Of a DNA stretch of 64,000 nt, positions 38,503 through 47,300 are shown in pieces. The stretch is from positions 64,001 through 128,000 of the forward strand of contig JAZAMN010000052.1 of NCBI GenBank assembly GCA_036229005.1, in the 5' to 3' direction. Positions within the stretch are counted from its first letter, which is position 1. The number at the start of each line of letters is the position of its first letter. The position numbers and the translations under genes were made by a program. The notes under the pieces are model-generated. The model had not been told where the DNA came from. It did not search any database and worked only from the letters and a program-made list of their open reading frames with translations. The stretch comes from Myxococcota bacterium (GTDB taxonomy: Bacteria; Myxococcota_A; UBA796; CAJQPC01).

Positions 38503-39528
38503 TCACGCGGCCTGCAGAGCCAGGCGCTCCCGAGCGAGCCGGTACTCCCGCTGGAGCCGGCGCGCCCGCCCCACCCGGGGGTGGATGGCCTGGATGGGCC
38601 CAGGGTCGTTCTGCAGGGAGCACTCGTTGACCAGGGTCCAGGCGTGGTGCGCGGTCTGGAGGGCGCAGTCCAGCGCATCGACCGGGGTGGCGCCCGCCCG
38701 CAGCTCAAAGACCCGCTGGGCCATCTGACGCAGCTCGGGGTGGCCGGCGTCCTGGAGGCTGTCCAGCACCTGGGCGCGGACCCAGCGCTCGCTCAGGCTC
38801 AGCCAGCCGCGGGCCTCTCGCTCGTCCAGGGGCAGCAGCTCGCCGGTGGCCTCGAAGTAGAGCAGGTTGGCGGCGTACATGTGCCCGGGCGCGCAGAAGC
38901 CGCAGCCGTTGCCGAAGGCGGTGAGTCCCGCCAGGACCTGGGCCTGCCAGTCCCCCACCATCTCCTCCAGGCGGGTCAGGGCGCGCTGCAGGGAGCGCGA
39001 GAGCTCCCCCGTGGCCCCGGCGACGCCGTAGGTCGTGAGCATGGTCTCCAGGAAGGGCGCCTCGTAGCCGGCGGACATGCGCATCCCCCAGCCCATCCCG
39101 CGGGCCAGCCCGCGCTCGATGAAGGAGGCCTCCCGGCCGGGGGTGGTCTCCAGCTCGGGCACCCCCATGGCGGCCAGCGCGTCCCCCAGCCGGGAGCCAC
39201 CCTTGGCCAGCGTGCGGGCAGCCAGCGCCCGGTCGATCAGCACCTTGGTGTCCCGATCCTGCGCCCGGTGAAAGGCCACCACACAGAGCCCCCGGGTCGC
39301 CGGCACCCCCGCTGCGTAGGCCAGCGAGGTCCCCTGCGCGCGCAGGGTCTGGTGCACCTGGGACAGCTCAGCGGCCGCGCCGGGGCTGAGCGCGTGCTCC
39401 CCCAGATCCACGACCGCGTGGGTGCGGCCCGCCAGCAGCTCCGGCAAGGGCGCAAACACGGGCTCCCCCGGCGCCTTGAGCACCGCGGCGAAGGCCTCAT
39501 CTTCGATCAGCTCCCAGAGTGTCTGCAC
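38503..39528 (-). CDS. Hypothetical protein: STAS/SpoIIAA-like N-terminus + AhpD/CMD-like CxxC domain
   Basis: AVVDLG..LAYAA; NGCGFCAPGH; overlaps the upstream kinase gene. Confidence 0.55.
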   Translation of the reverse strand: MQTLWELIEDEAFAAVLKAPGEPVFAPLPELLAGRTHAVVDLGEHALSPGAAAELSQVHQTLRAQGTSLAYAAGVPATRGLCVVAFHRAQDRDTKVLIDRALAARTLAKGGSRLGDALAAMGVPELETTPGREASFIERGLARGMGWGMRMSAGYEAPFLETMLTTYGVAGATGELSRSLQRALTRLEEMVGDWQAQVLAGLTAFGNGCGFCAPGHMYAANLLYFEATGELLPLDEREARGWLSLSERWVRAQVLDSLQDAGHPELRQMAQRVFELRAGATPVDALDCALQTAHHAWTLVNECSLQNDPGPIQAIHPRVGRARRLQREYRLARERLALQAA

Positions 39529-41120
39529 GGTCGCGCTCCCAGGAGCGCCCGCAGGCGCTCGACGTCAAAGGGTTTGTGAAGCACGCCGTCCAGCCCCGCT
39601 GCGGCGCACTCGGCCTGCATCTGCGGACCCTCCAGCGCCGTGAGGGCCAGCACCGACGGGCCTCGTCCTCCCCAGCCCGCGCGCAGCCGCCGCGTGGCCT
39701 CCAATCCATCCATCTCCGGCATCTCAAGGTCCATCAGCACCAGCTCCACCGACCCGGGATCGGCGAGCGCCTCCACGGCCTTGACCCCGCTGGGGAAGCC
39801 CTCCGCCCGCGCCCCGGCGGACTGCAGGATCCGCATGGCCACCATCAGGTTCACCGGGTTGTCGTCCACCACAGCGACCCGCAGGTCCCGCAGGGCGTCC
39901 GAGGCGCTGCGCTCAAGCTGGCTGCGCCCGACCGACACCACCGCGCAGATCTCCGTCCCCCGCACAGGGGCGCTCTCCAGGTGCAGCGACCCATCCATCG
40001 CCGCGCACAGCGCCCTGCACAGCCCCAGCCCCAGCCCCTGACCCTGCGCCCGACCGCGCACCGACCCCGTGGCCTCCAGCGGCGCGAAGAGGTGCGCCTG
40101 CTCCGCCGGGCCCAGCACCAGCTCCGGTGCCCGGAAGGACCACGACAGCGCGTAGCCCTTCGCCGTCTCCCAGGCGTCCACCCGGAGCTTCAGCGGGCCG
40201 CCGTTGGCCAGCGCCACCATGAACTCCCCCAGCCGGAGCAGGAGCTGACGCAGTCGGGCCATGTCGCCGCGGACCCAGTCCGGGAGCCCATCCAACGAGG
40301 CCACCAGCCCCAGGTCCCCCACCACCTCCAGGAGCTGACGCAGCTCCAGATCCCGCCGCCGCAGCTCGAAGTCCCCCACGTCCAGCGCCGCGTAGTCCAG
40401 CACGTCCCCCACCAGACGCTGGAGCTGCTCGCCCGCGGTCCGCAGCCCGCTCAGCTCCTCCCGCCCCCGCACATCCAGGGCCTGCAGCTCCAGGAGCTGC
40501 GTGAAGCCCAGCACGCCATTCAGGGGCGTCCGCAGCTCGTGGCTCAGCGCCGCCATCACCCGCGACCGCATCTCCGCGGCCTCCCGCCCCGCCTGCACCG
40601 CCGCCCGCTCCGCCCGCAGCGCCCGCTCGTCCGCCGAGCGATCCACGCCGTGCAGCAGGAAGCCCTGGATCCCTCCGTGCTGGTCCAGCAGAGGCGCCGC
40701 CTTGAGCTGGAAGCTGCGCTCCTGGTGTTGGGCGTCCAGCAGCTCCAGCGACACCCCCGAGAGCAGCTCCGGCAGCGACAGCGCACGCTCCTGTACGCAG
40801 AGGTCCCGCAGCAGCGCCACCACCGACTCCCCACCCACCGGAACCCCGAAGAACGCGCGCGCGACCTGGTTCTCGGCGACGACGAGGCCACCCGCATCGA
40901 GCTGCAGCAGCAGCGTGGGCAGCTCGGTGAACATGGCCTCCATGTGGGAGGCGTGGACCATCTCCCGCCGGAGCTGCTGGACCAGCACCTCGAGCGCAGC
41001 CGCGAGCTCGCCGAGCTCGGGACTCTGGGGGGTCGGGATCTGCGTGTCCAGGTCCAGGGTGACGAGCTGATAGACAGCCGCCATCAAGGCCTGGAGATCG
41101 CGGGCGAGCTGGGAATGCAC
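39507..41120 (-). CDS. Hybrid sensor histidine kinase/response regulator with degenerate ATPase domain
   Basis: PAS-like; LSHELRTPLNGVLG; receiver VVDDNPVN..LMDLEMPEMDG..KP; N and G1 boxes not recognisable; start GTG 41120 inferred. Confidence 0.82.
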   Translation of the reverse strand: MHSQLARDLQALMAAVYQLVTLDLDTQIPTPQSPELGELAAALEVLVQQLRREMVHASHMEAMFTELPTLLLQLDAGGLVVAENQVARAFFGVPVGGESVVALLRDLCVQERALSLPELLSGVSLELLDAQHQERSFQLKAAPLLDQHGGIQGFLLHGVDRSADERALRAERAAVQAGREAAEMRSRVMAALSHELRTPLNGVLGFTQLLELQALDVRGREELSGLRTAGEQLQRLVGDVLDYAALDVGDFELRRRDLELRQLLEVVGDLGLVASLDGLPDWVRGDMARLRQLLLRLGEFMVALANGGPLKLRVDAWETAKGYALSWSFRAPELVLGPAEQAHLFAPLEATGSVRGRAQGQGLGLGLCRALCAAMDGSLHLESAPVRGTEICAVVSVGRSQLERSASDALRDLRVAVVDDNPVNLMVAMRILQSAGARAEGFPSGVKAVEALADPGSVELVLMDLEMPEMDGLEATRRLRAGWGGRGPSVLALTALEGPQMQAECAAAGLDGVLHKPFDVERLRALLGARPCRHSGS

Positions 41121-41181
41121 CCTCAGCCCATCGGGCGCCCCCAGAGCCGACTGAAATGCAATCCAGGTGAAAGCGGCACTC

Positions 41182-42573
41182 TCAGCCGCCGTCCAGGTAG
41201 CCCGCCGCCTGCAGAGCCGCCTCCAGCCCGGGATCCGGCCCCCCGATCTGCCGCGCCGCGCTGTTCTGGGCGGCCTGGACACGCTCCAGCATGACCTCGC
41301 TGGCGGGGACGGGTGTTCCGGAGTGCTCTTGGGGGTCCTGGTCCAGGTGGTAGGCCCGGGACTGCCCGGCCACCCAGAGCTCCTTCTCCCCCTGGGGCCC
41401 CCAGATCGCGGCGGACAGCTCGGTGCCCAGCACGCCCCCGGACTGCTCGGCCCACAGGGGGTCGGGGAAGGCCACCGCGCGCGTGGGGTGCCCGGCCAGA
41501 GGCTGCCCCAGCACGAGCTCGCGGGCCTCCAGGATGGACAAGGGACCGCTCGGCAGGGGCTCAACGCCGGCGCTGTCCCAGACCAGCAGAGGGACGCGGC
41601 TGTTCTCTTCGTACAGATAGCGGCCGTGGCGCAGGATGCCGTGCTCTCCCAGGAACTCGCCGTGGTCGGAGGTCACCACCACCCGCAGCCCGGCCTGGTC
41701 CCAGCCGTGGGCGCGCACCTGCTCCAGCACCTGCCCCAGCGTGCGGTCGGCCTGCCAGAGCGCGCGGTCGTAGCGGTCGCTGACCTCGGTGCGCAGGGCC
41801 TCGGCCTCCGTGGGGTCCATGCGGCCTTGGACGTAGCGCTGCCAGGGGCCGTCGGGGAGCACCTGGCCGGCGTCGTCGACCTCGAAGTAGGCCAAGGTCC
41901 CGGGGTGCGCGGGCACCCAGTCCAGTTCGTCGGTGGGGGGGTACCAGGGGTCGTGCGCGTCCGCGATATTCACGAACAAGAACAAGGACTTATCGGGGTC
42001 GGCCTCGCGCAGGCTGCCCTTGAGCTGCTCGATGAGCCCGGCGCCGTTCCAGGGCCCAAAGCCTGGCGCCACCCGCCAGTCGCCGAAGCCCCGCCCCAGA
42101 CCGCTCGCCTGGTTCAGCACGGGGTTCCCGCTCACCCCGCGGGTCTGGAATCCCTGGGCGCTCAGGGCCTCGGCCAGGGTCGCGTGCTCGTCGCTCAGGG
42201 GTTGGATCGCCAGGGAGCGCAGCAGGGCCTGGTCCCCCACAAAGTGGGCGCCGTGCTCGGGCACCTCCAGGCCGGTGAAGAGGGAGGCGTGGCTGGGGAA
42301 TGTCCAGGACCCGGTCGCCACACCTTCGCAGCTCAGGGAGCCCCCGGACTCCACGAGACCCCGCAGCACCGGCGAGGTCGGTCTGTGGTAGCCGCAGGCC
42401 CCCAGGTGGTCCGCCCGCACCGTGTCGAGCACGACCAGCAGCACCGTGGGCTGGGTGGGGTGGCCCTGGTGCAGGCGGGTCTTGATGGGGTCCGAGAGCC
42501 ACGCCAGCGCCGTGCAGGCCACCGCGGTGAGCAGCATGGCACCCAGGCCCAGCTCGCGCTTGGAGAGGCTCAC
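41182..42573 (-). CDS. Sulfatase-like hydrolase/transferase (Thr nucleophile type), membrane anchored
   Basis: VLDTVRADHL, SWTFPSHASLFTG, DAHDPW, VTSDHGE, HG..LYEE..RVPL, LQAAGYL. Confidence 0.9.
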   Translation of the reverse strand: MSLSKRELGLGAMLLTAVACTALAWLSDPIKTRLHQGHPTQPTVLLVVLDTVRADHLGACGYHRPTSPVLRGLVESGGSLSCEGVATGSWTFPSHASLFTGLEVPEHGAHFVGDQALLRSLAIQPLSDEHATLAEALSAQGFQTRGVSGNPVLNQASGLGRGFGDWRVAPGFGPWNGAGLIEQLKGSLREADPDKSLFLFVNIADAHDPWYPPTDELDWVPAHPGTLAYFEVDDAGQVLPDGPWQRYVQGRMDPTEAEALRTEVSDRYDRALWQADRTLGQVLEQVRAHGWDQAGLRVVVTSDHGEFLGEHGILRHGRYLYEENSRVPLLVWDSAGVEPLPSGPLSILEARELVLGQPLAGHPTRAVAFPDPLWAEQSGGVLGTELSAAIWGPQGEKELWVAGQSRAYHLDQDPQEHSGTPVPASEVMLERVQAAQNSAARQIGGPDPGLEAALQAAGYLDGG

Positions 42574-43550
42574 GCGCGCAGGTCCGCGAACTGAGGCAGG
42601 AGCTCGAAGGGGTGGACCTCCAGCGCCTCCGCGGCCATCTCGATGCGCGAGGCGTGCAGGCTGCCCCCCAGCCGCGAGGCCACCCGCAGGTAGCCGATCT
42701 GGTGGGGATCCAGGCCCATGATGCGGGCGGAGGTGGCGTCCACGGCGGGCAGGTTGTCGCCCATGACCACCAGGCCCACCTGCTTGGCGCTGCCCATGAT
42801 GGGGCCGTCGCCCTCCATGCCGGTGATGCCGTCCACGATGGCAAAGCCCGGGGCCAGCCCCTGCCAGATGTCCACGATGGACTGCTCGATCCCGGCGTAG
42901 TGCAGGGGGTTCTTGGGCCAGCCGTAGACCGCGCCGGGCACCGTCCCGAAGAGGTTCTTGAGGGACAGCGTGCAGCCCACCCAGTGGTGGGTCTTGAGCT
43001 TGGGCAGGGAGACCAGCAGGTCGGCGGTGGCGGCGGTGCGCGCCAGCTTCATGCTGCCCATGCCGGTGAAGTCCTGGGGCAGGGCGACGTCCGCGGGGGT
43101 GTCGATGTTCAGGTCCACAAAGGGCAGGCCCAGGTGGCGCAGGAAGTAGTCCAGCCCGGAGCGCTCCAGCAGCAGCTCGGTGTCCCGGTGGTGGCCGGGG
43201 CCCTCCGCGACGATGACCTCGGCGGCGCCGTGGTGCAGGAAGGCTTCGCAGCAGGCGGCGATGAAGGTGGGGTGGGTGTTGATCGGGCGGCCCTCGTGCA
43301 CCTCCACCAGGTTGGGCTTGAGCACAACCCTGCCCCCCTTGGCCCGAGCGAGGACACCGGGGTACCCGGCGAGCCCCCGCCGCAGCAGGTCCACCAGATC
43401 CTGCTCGTAGTCGGCGGCCCGCAGGATGCTGACGCGGGAGACGGGCTGGCCGAACACGGCGCGTCCCTTCTGCAGGCCCAGGGCCCCCAGCGAGCCCGCG
43501 GCGGCGGCCCCGGCCAGGGCGGTGAGCAGCTTGCGGCGTTCGGGGTCCAC
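42570..43550 (-). CDS. DUF362 domain protein, Tat-exported
   Basis: ERRKLL; VLKPNLVE, THP, PKLKTH, SLKNLFG, DGITGMEGDGP. Confidence 0.9.
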   Translation of the reverse strand: MDPERRKLLTALAGAAAAGSLGALGLQKGRAVFGQPVSRVSILRAADYEQDLVDLLRRGLAGYPGVLARAKGGRVVLKPNLVEVHEGRPINTHPTFIAACCEAFLHHGAAEVIVAEGPGHHRDTELLLERSGLDYFLRHLGLPFVDLNIDTPADVALPQDFTGMGSMKLARTAATADLLVSLPKLKTHHWVGCTLSLKNLFGTVPGAVYGWPKNPLHYAGIEQSIVDIWQGLAPGFAIVDGITGMEGDGPIMGSAKQVGLVVMGDNLPAVDATSARIMGLDPHQIGYLRVASRLGGSLHASRIEMAAEALEVHPFELLPQFADLRA

Positions 43551-44324
43551 TCAGGCCTCCAGGAGAAGGGGGCTGCGGCCGATCTCGGCGGCCTGGAGGG
43601 CCAGAACGGCCAGAGCGTTGCGGTCGACACGCCCGGAGAACGCTCCTTCAACCTGCCTCTTGCGCAGGAGCTCCAGCTCGACGCTGGGATCCCGGCCGTG
43701 CCGCAGCCGGGCCAGGATGGCGTAGCTCAGGTTCAGGGTGGAGGGGGCCTCTCGGACGCCCTCGGCGAACTCCAGGGCCCGCTCCACGGCGTCCCCCGGG
43801 GGCAGCGCCAGCGCGCAGAGCCCCGCCGCGTACAGATAGCCGGGCAGGTCGGCGCCCAGCACGTCGGGGTTGCCGGAGTTCCACCCGCCGTCGCTGCACT
43901 GGCGGTCCACCAGCAGGGCGGTTCCCTGGACGCAGCGGGGGTGCTCGGCCTGGTCCTGGGCGCGCAGGCCCAGCACGCCCCATGCGGTGGGCTCCACCCA
44001 GGAGAAGGTGCCGTCCACCCAGGCCCAGCCGGGGATGGAGGCGTCGTAGGTGCCTGCGGAGATCCCGCCGGGGTCGCCTTGCAAGGCGAGCACCGCATCG
44101 ACCAGCGCCCGAGCGCGCCCCGGGTCGCGCCGCCGCAGCAGGCTGGGGCCCATGAGCGCCGCCCAGCCGAGCTCGGCGCGGTCCAGCCACGCGGGGTCGC
44201 CGGCGTCGCTGCAGGCCAAGGCCAGCAGGGTGGGCTCCGCGCTGGAGGGCTGGCCAGGCAGGTAGCCCCAGCCGCCGTCGGGGTTGGCCTGCGCCGCGAT
44301 CCAGCTCTGGGTCTGCTGCCACAT
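43551..44324 (-). CDS. Prenyltransferase/squalene-oxidase repeat protein
   Basis: NPDGGWGY..EPT..A, GWAWVDGTFSWVEPTA, DRQCSDGGWNSGN. Confidence 0.82.
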   Translation of the reverse strand: MWQQTQSWIAAQANPDGGWGYLPGQPSSAEPTLLALACSDAGDPAWLDRAELGWAALMGPSLLRRRDPGRARALVDAVLALQGDPGGISAGTYDASIPGWAWVDGTFSWVEPTAWGVLGLRAQDQAEHPRCVQGTALLVDRQCSDGGWNSGNPDVLGADLPGYLYAAGLCALALPPGDAVERALEFAEGVREAPSTLNLSYAILARLRHGRDPSVELELLRKRQVEGAFSGRVDRNALAVLALQAAEIGRSPLLLEA

Positions 44325-44331
44325 GGGGCGC

Positions 44332-44361
44332 AGTGTACTCCCTGGCCGCAAGCGCTACCCT
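44332..44361. promoter_or_regulatory. Back-to-back -10 elements of two divergent, probably leaderless genes
   Basis: Minus-strand TACACT (44332-44337) 7 nt before ATG 44324; plus-strand TACCCT (44356-44361) 7 nt before GTG 44369. Confidence 0.55.
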
Positions 44362-44368
44362 TGCCGCC

Positions 44369-47300
44369 GTGGAACCCCTGAGCGCCTACCGCGACCTGCG
44401 GCCCTTCGCTGGGCAGCACCGCAGCCTGCTGATGCGGGGGCGGACCCGGGCGGACGACCGGGCGGTGGTGATCAAGCAGGCCCAGGGCCACGCCGCACCT
44501 CGCCTGCAGAGAGAAGGTGCACTGCTGACGCGCGCCCAGGGGCCAGGGGTTGTGGAGGTGGTGGACTGGCGCCCAGAGCTGGGCCTCCTGGTCCTGGAGG
44601 ATCTGGGCCCGCGCAACCTGGCGGCCCGCCTGGGCGAAGGCCCGATGGAGCTGGGGGAGACCCTGCGGCTGGTGCAGCGGCTGGCCGGGACCCTGGCGAC
44701 CCTGCACCAGGCACAGGTGCTGCACCTGGACCTGCACCCCGAGAACGTGGTGCTGCGCGCGGACCAGCCGGTGCTGGTGGACCTGTCCAGCGGTGCGCGC
44801 ATTGGCGAGACCCCGCAGCCCCGCCGCGACGGCCCCCAGTGGCACCTGGCCCCCGAGCAGCAGCCCGGCAGCGGGCGCGAGGTGGGTCCCAAGACGGACC
44901 TGCACGGGCTGGGGGTGCTGATGTGGTGCTCCCTGGTGGGCGTGGGCCCGCCCATCGACGGGATCCACGCGCCCAGCCTGCGCTCGCTGGCGCCCCACCT
45001 GCCGGATGCGGTCCACCACCTGCTGGAGGCGCTGCTGCACCCGGCCCCGGAGGGTCGCCCCGAGAGCGCCGCGGCCGTGGCCTTGCAGGTCGCCAAGCTG
45101 CGCGCCCCCGGACTGCCACCGGAGCTGGCCAGCCTGCACCACTCCGAGGCGCGGGAGACCCTGGCGCGGGCGCTCGCTGCGGCCGACATCGGCGACATGT
45201 CGGTGGTGTACCTCAAGGGCGGCCCTGGCGCGGGCAAGTACCCCCTGGTGCGGCAGCTCACCGCGATGCCGCCTGCGCGGCGAGGGGTGGTGGCGATCGG
45301 GCGCTGCTCTCCCCTGCGCGACGGAGGCCCCTACGGCCCCTGGCTCGCGGCGCTGCGCATGGGGATCCACTCCGCGATGGAGGGGAACAACGCGGCGGAG
45401 AACCTGCAGGCGGTGCGCGAGGCGATCGGCCCGGACGCCGGCCTGCTCCTGCGCATGGTCCCCGAGCTGGAGGACCTGCTGGGGCTCGATGCCCCCCGGG
45501 CCCTGGGCGAGCCCAGCGGAGAGCAGGCCCTGGCCAACCTGGTGCGGCGGGTGCTGCAGGCGCTCTGCAGGCCCGGCGCCCCCCTGGTGCTGGTCCTGGA
45601 GGAGGCCCAGTGGCTGGACCAGGCCAGCGTCCGGCTGCTGGAGAGCCTGGCCAGCCCCCCGCGCCACAGCGGGCTGCTGCTGCTGCTCACCTACCAGCGG
45701 GAAGCCGTCTTGGCGGGCGACCCCCTGGACCGGGCGCTGCAGGCCCTGGAGAGCCGGCGCCCCCAGCGCATCCGCCTGTCTCCCATGACCGAACAGCAGC
45801 TCCTGCTGCTCTGCCGACAGCACCTGGATCTGGAGGACGGAGAAGCCCGCGCCCTGGCCAGCGTGCTACTGCGGGCCAGCGGCGGGCTCCCGGGGAAGGC
45901 GCTGCGGGCGCTCCGCCAGCTCCACAGCAGCGGCGCCCTGCGGCAGGACTTGTGGCAGGGGAGCTGGACCTGGGACGTGAAACGCCTGGCGCAGATCGAC
46001 GATCGCCTGGTGCCCGAGAAGCTGGGCCTGCTGGAGCTCGCCGACCTGCCCCCCGCCGCCGCCACGCTGATCGGGCAGGCCTCGTGCATGGGCCCCGAGG
46101 GGGAGATCCAGGCGCTGGCGCGGGTGTCTGGCAGCTCAATGGCGGAGCTGCGCCCCTTCCTGGAGGCCGCCGCCGAGGCCCGCCTGATCTACCTGAACGG
46201 TAGGAGCTGGCGCATGGCCGACCAGGAGCTGCAGCAGGTCGCCCGCGAGCGCTTGCCGCAGGCGCTGCGCCTCCAGACGCACCGGCGCATCGCCCGGCTG
46301 CACCTGGAGAAGGGCGACGTGGAGCACTTCTTTGTGGGGGTGGACCACCTGAACCTGAGCGCGGGGCCCCAGGAGACGGACGCCGAGCGCCAGGAGCGTG
46401 CCCACCTGAACGTGGAGGCGGCCCGCCGGGCGCGGCACGGCTCGGCCTACGACGCGTCCTTTGCCTACACGGCCGCAGCGCTGGCCGCCGCGCCCTCCCA
46501 CTGGAGCGCCCGAAACCGCCTGGAGCTCTACAAGGAGGCCGCGGTCACCGCCCACCTGTCGGGCGACCAGGCCCGGGCCCAGCGCATGCTGGAGCAGGCC
46601 ACCGCCCACGCGCAGGGGGCGCTGGAGCGGGCGGTGCTGGCCGAGATCCGGGTCCACACCCTGCTCACCAGCGGCAAGCTGGCCGAGGCCCGCCAGGTGG
46701 GGCTGAGCGCCCTCGCCGAGTTCGAGCTGAGCCCGGAGCAGCAACCCCAGGTCCCCTCGCCGCCTCAGCTCTCGCGCCTGATCACCCAGCCCCCGGAGCT
46801 GGGGCAGCTCACCAAGGTCCGGAACGCCCTGCTGGCCCGGATGATCCAGCTCGGCTGGTACCAGGATCCCGCGCTGGTCCGCTGGGCGGCCGGGCAGCTC
46901 TGCGCGCTCGCCGTCCAGGAGGGCCCCACCGCCGAGACCGCCGTCGGCATGCTCGCCGTGGCCCTGGGACACAGCCTGAGCGGCTCGCCCAAGCTGGGGC
47001 TGCAGCTCGGAGAGGACGCCCGCTCCCTGGCCTTCGCCGTCGACCCCGACGACCCCTGGGTGCCCTACGTGCAGGCGGTCCTGGCCGCCCGGCTGGAGGC
47101 CCAGGTCCACAGCGCCCCCCAGGTGCTGGAGCGCCTGAGCGCAGCGATCTCCCGCCTGGAGACCCTGGGGCGCCACCACGACGCGCTGGTGTTCGCCGTC
47201 CCTCGCGCTCTGCTGGCCCTGCAGGCCGGACAGCCCCTGGCCGAGGTCGAGCAGCGCTGCGAGCAGGACCTGGAGCAGGCCCGCCGCCTCCAGCACCTGG

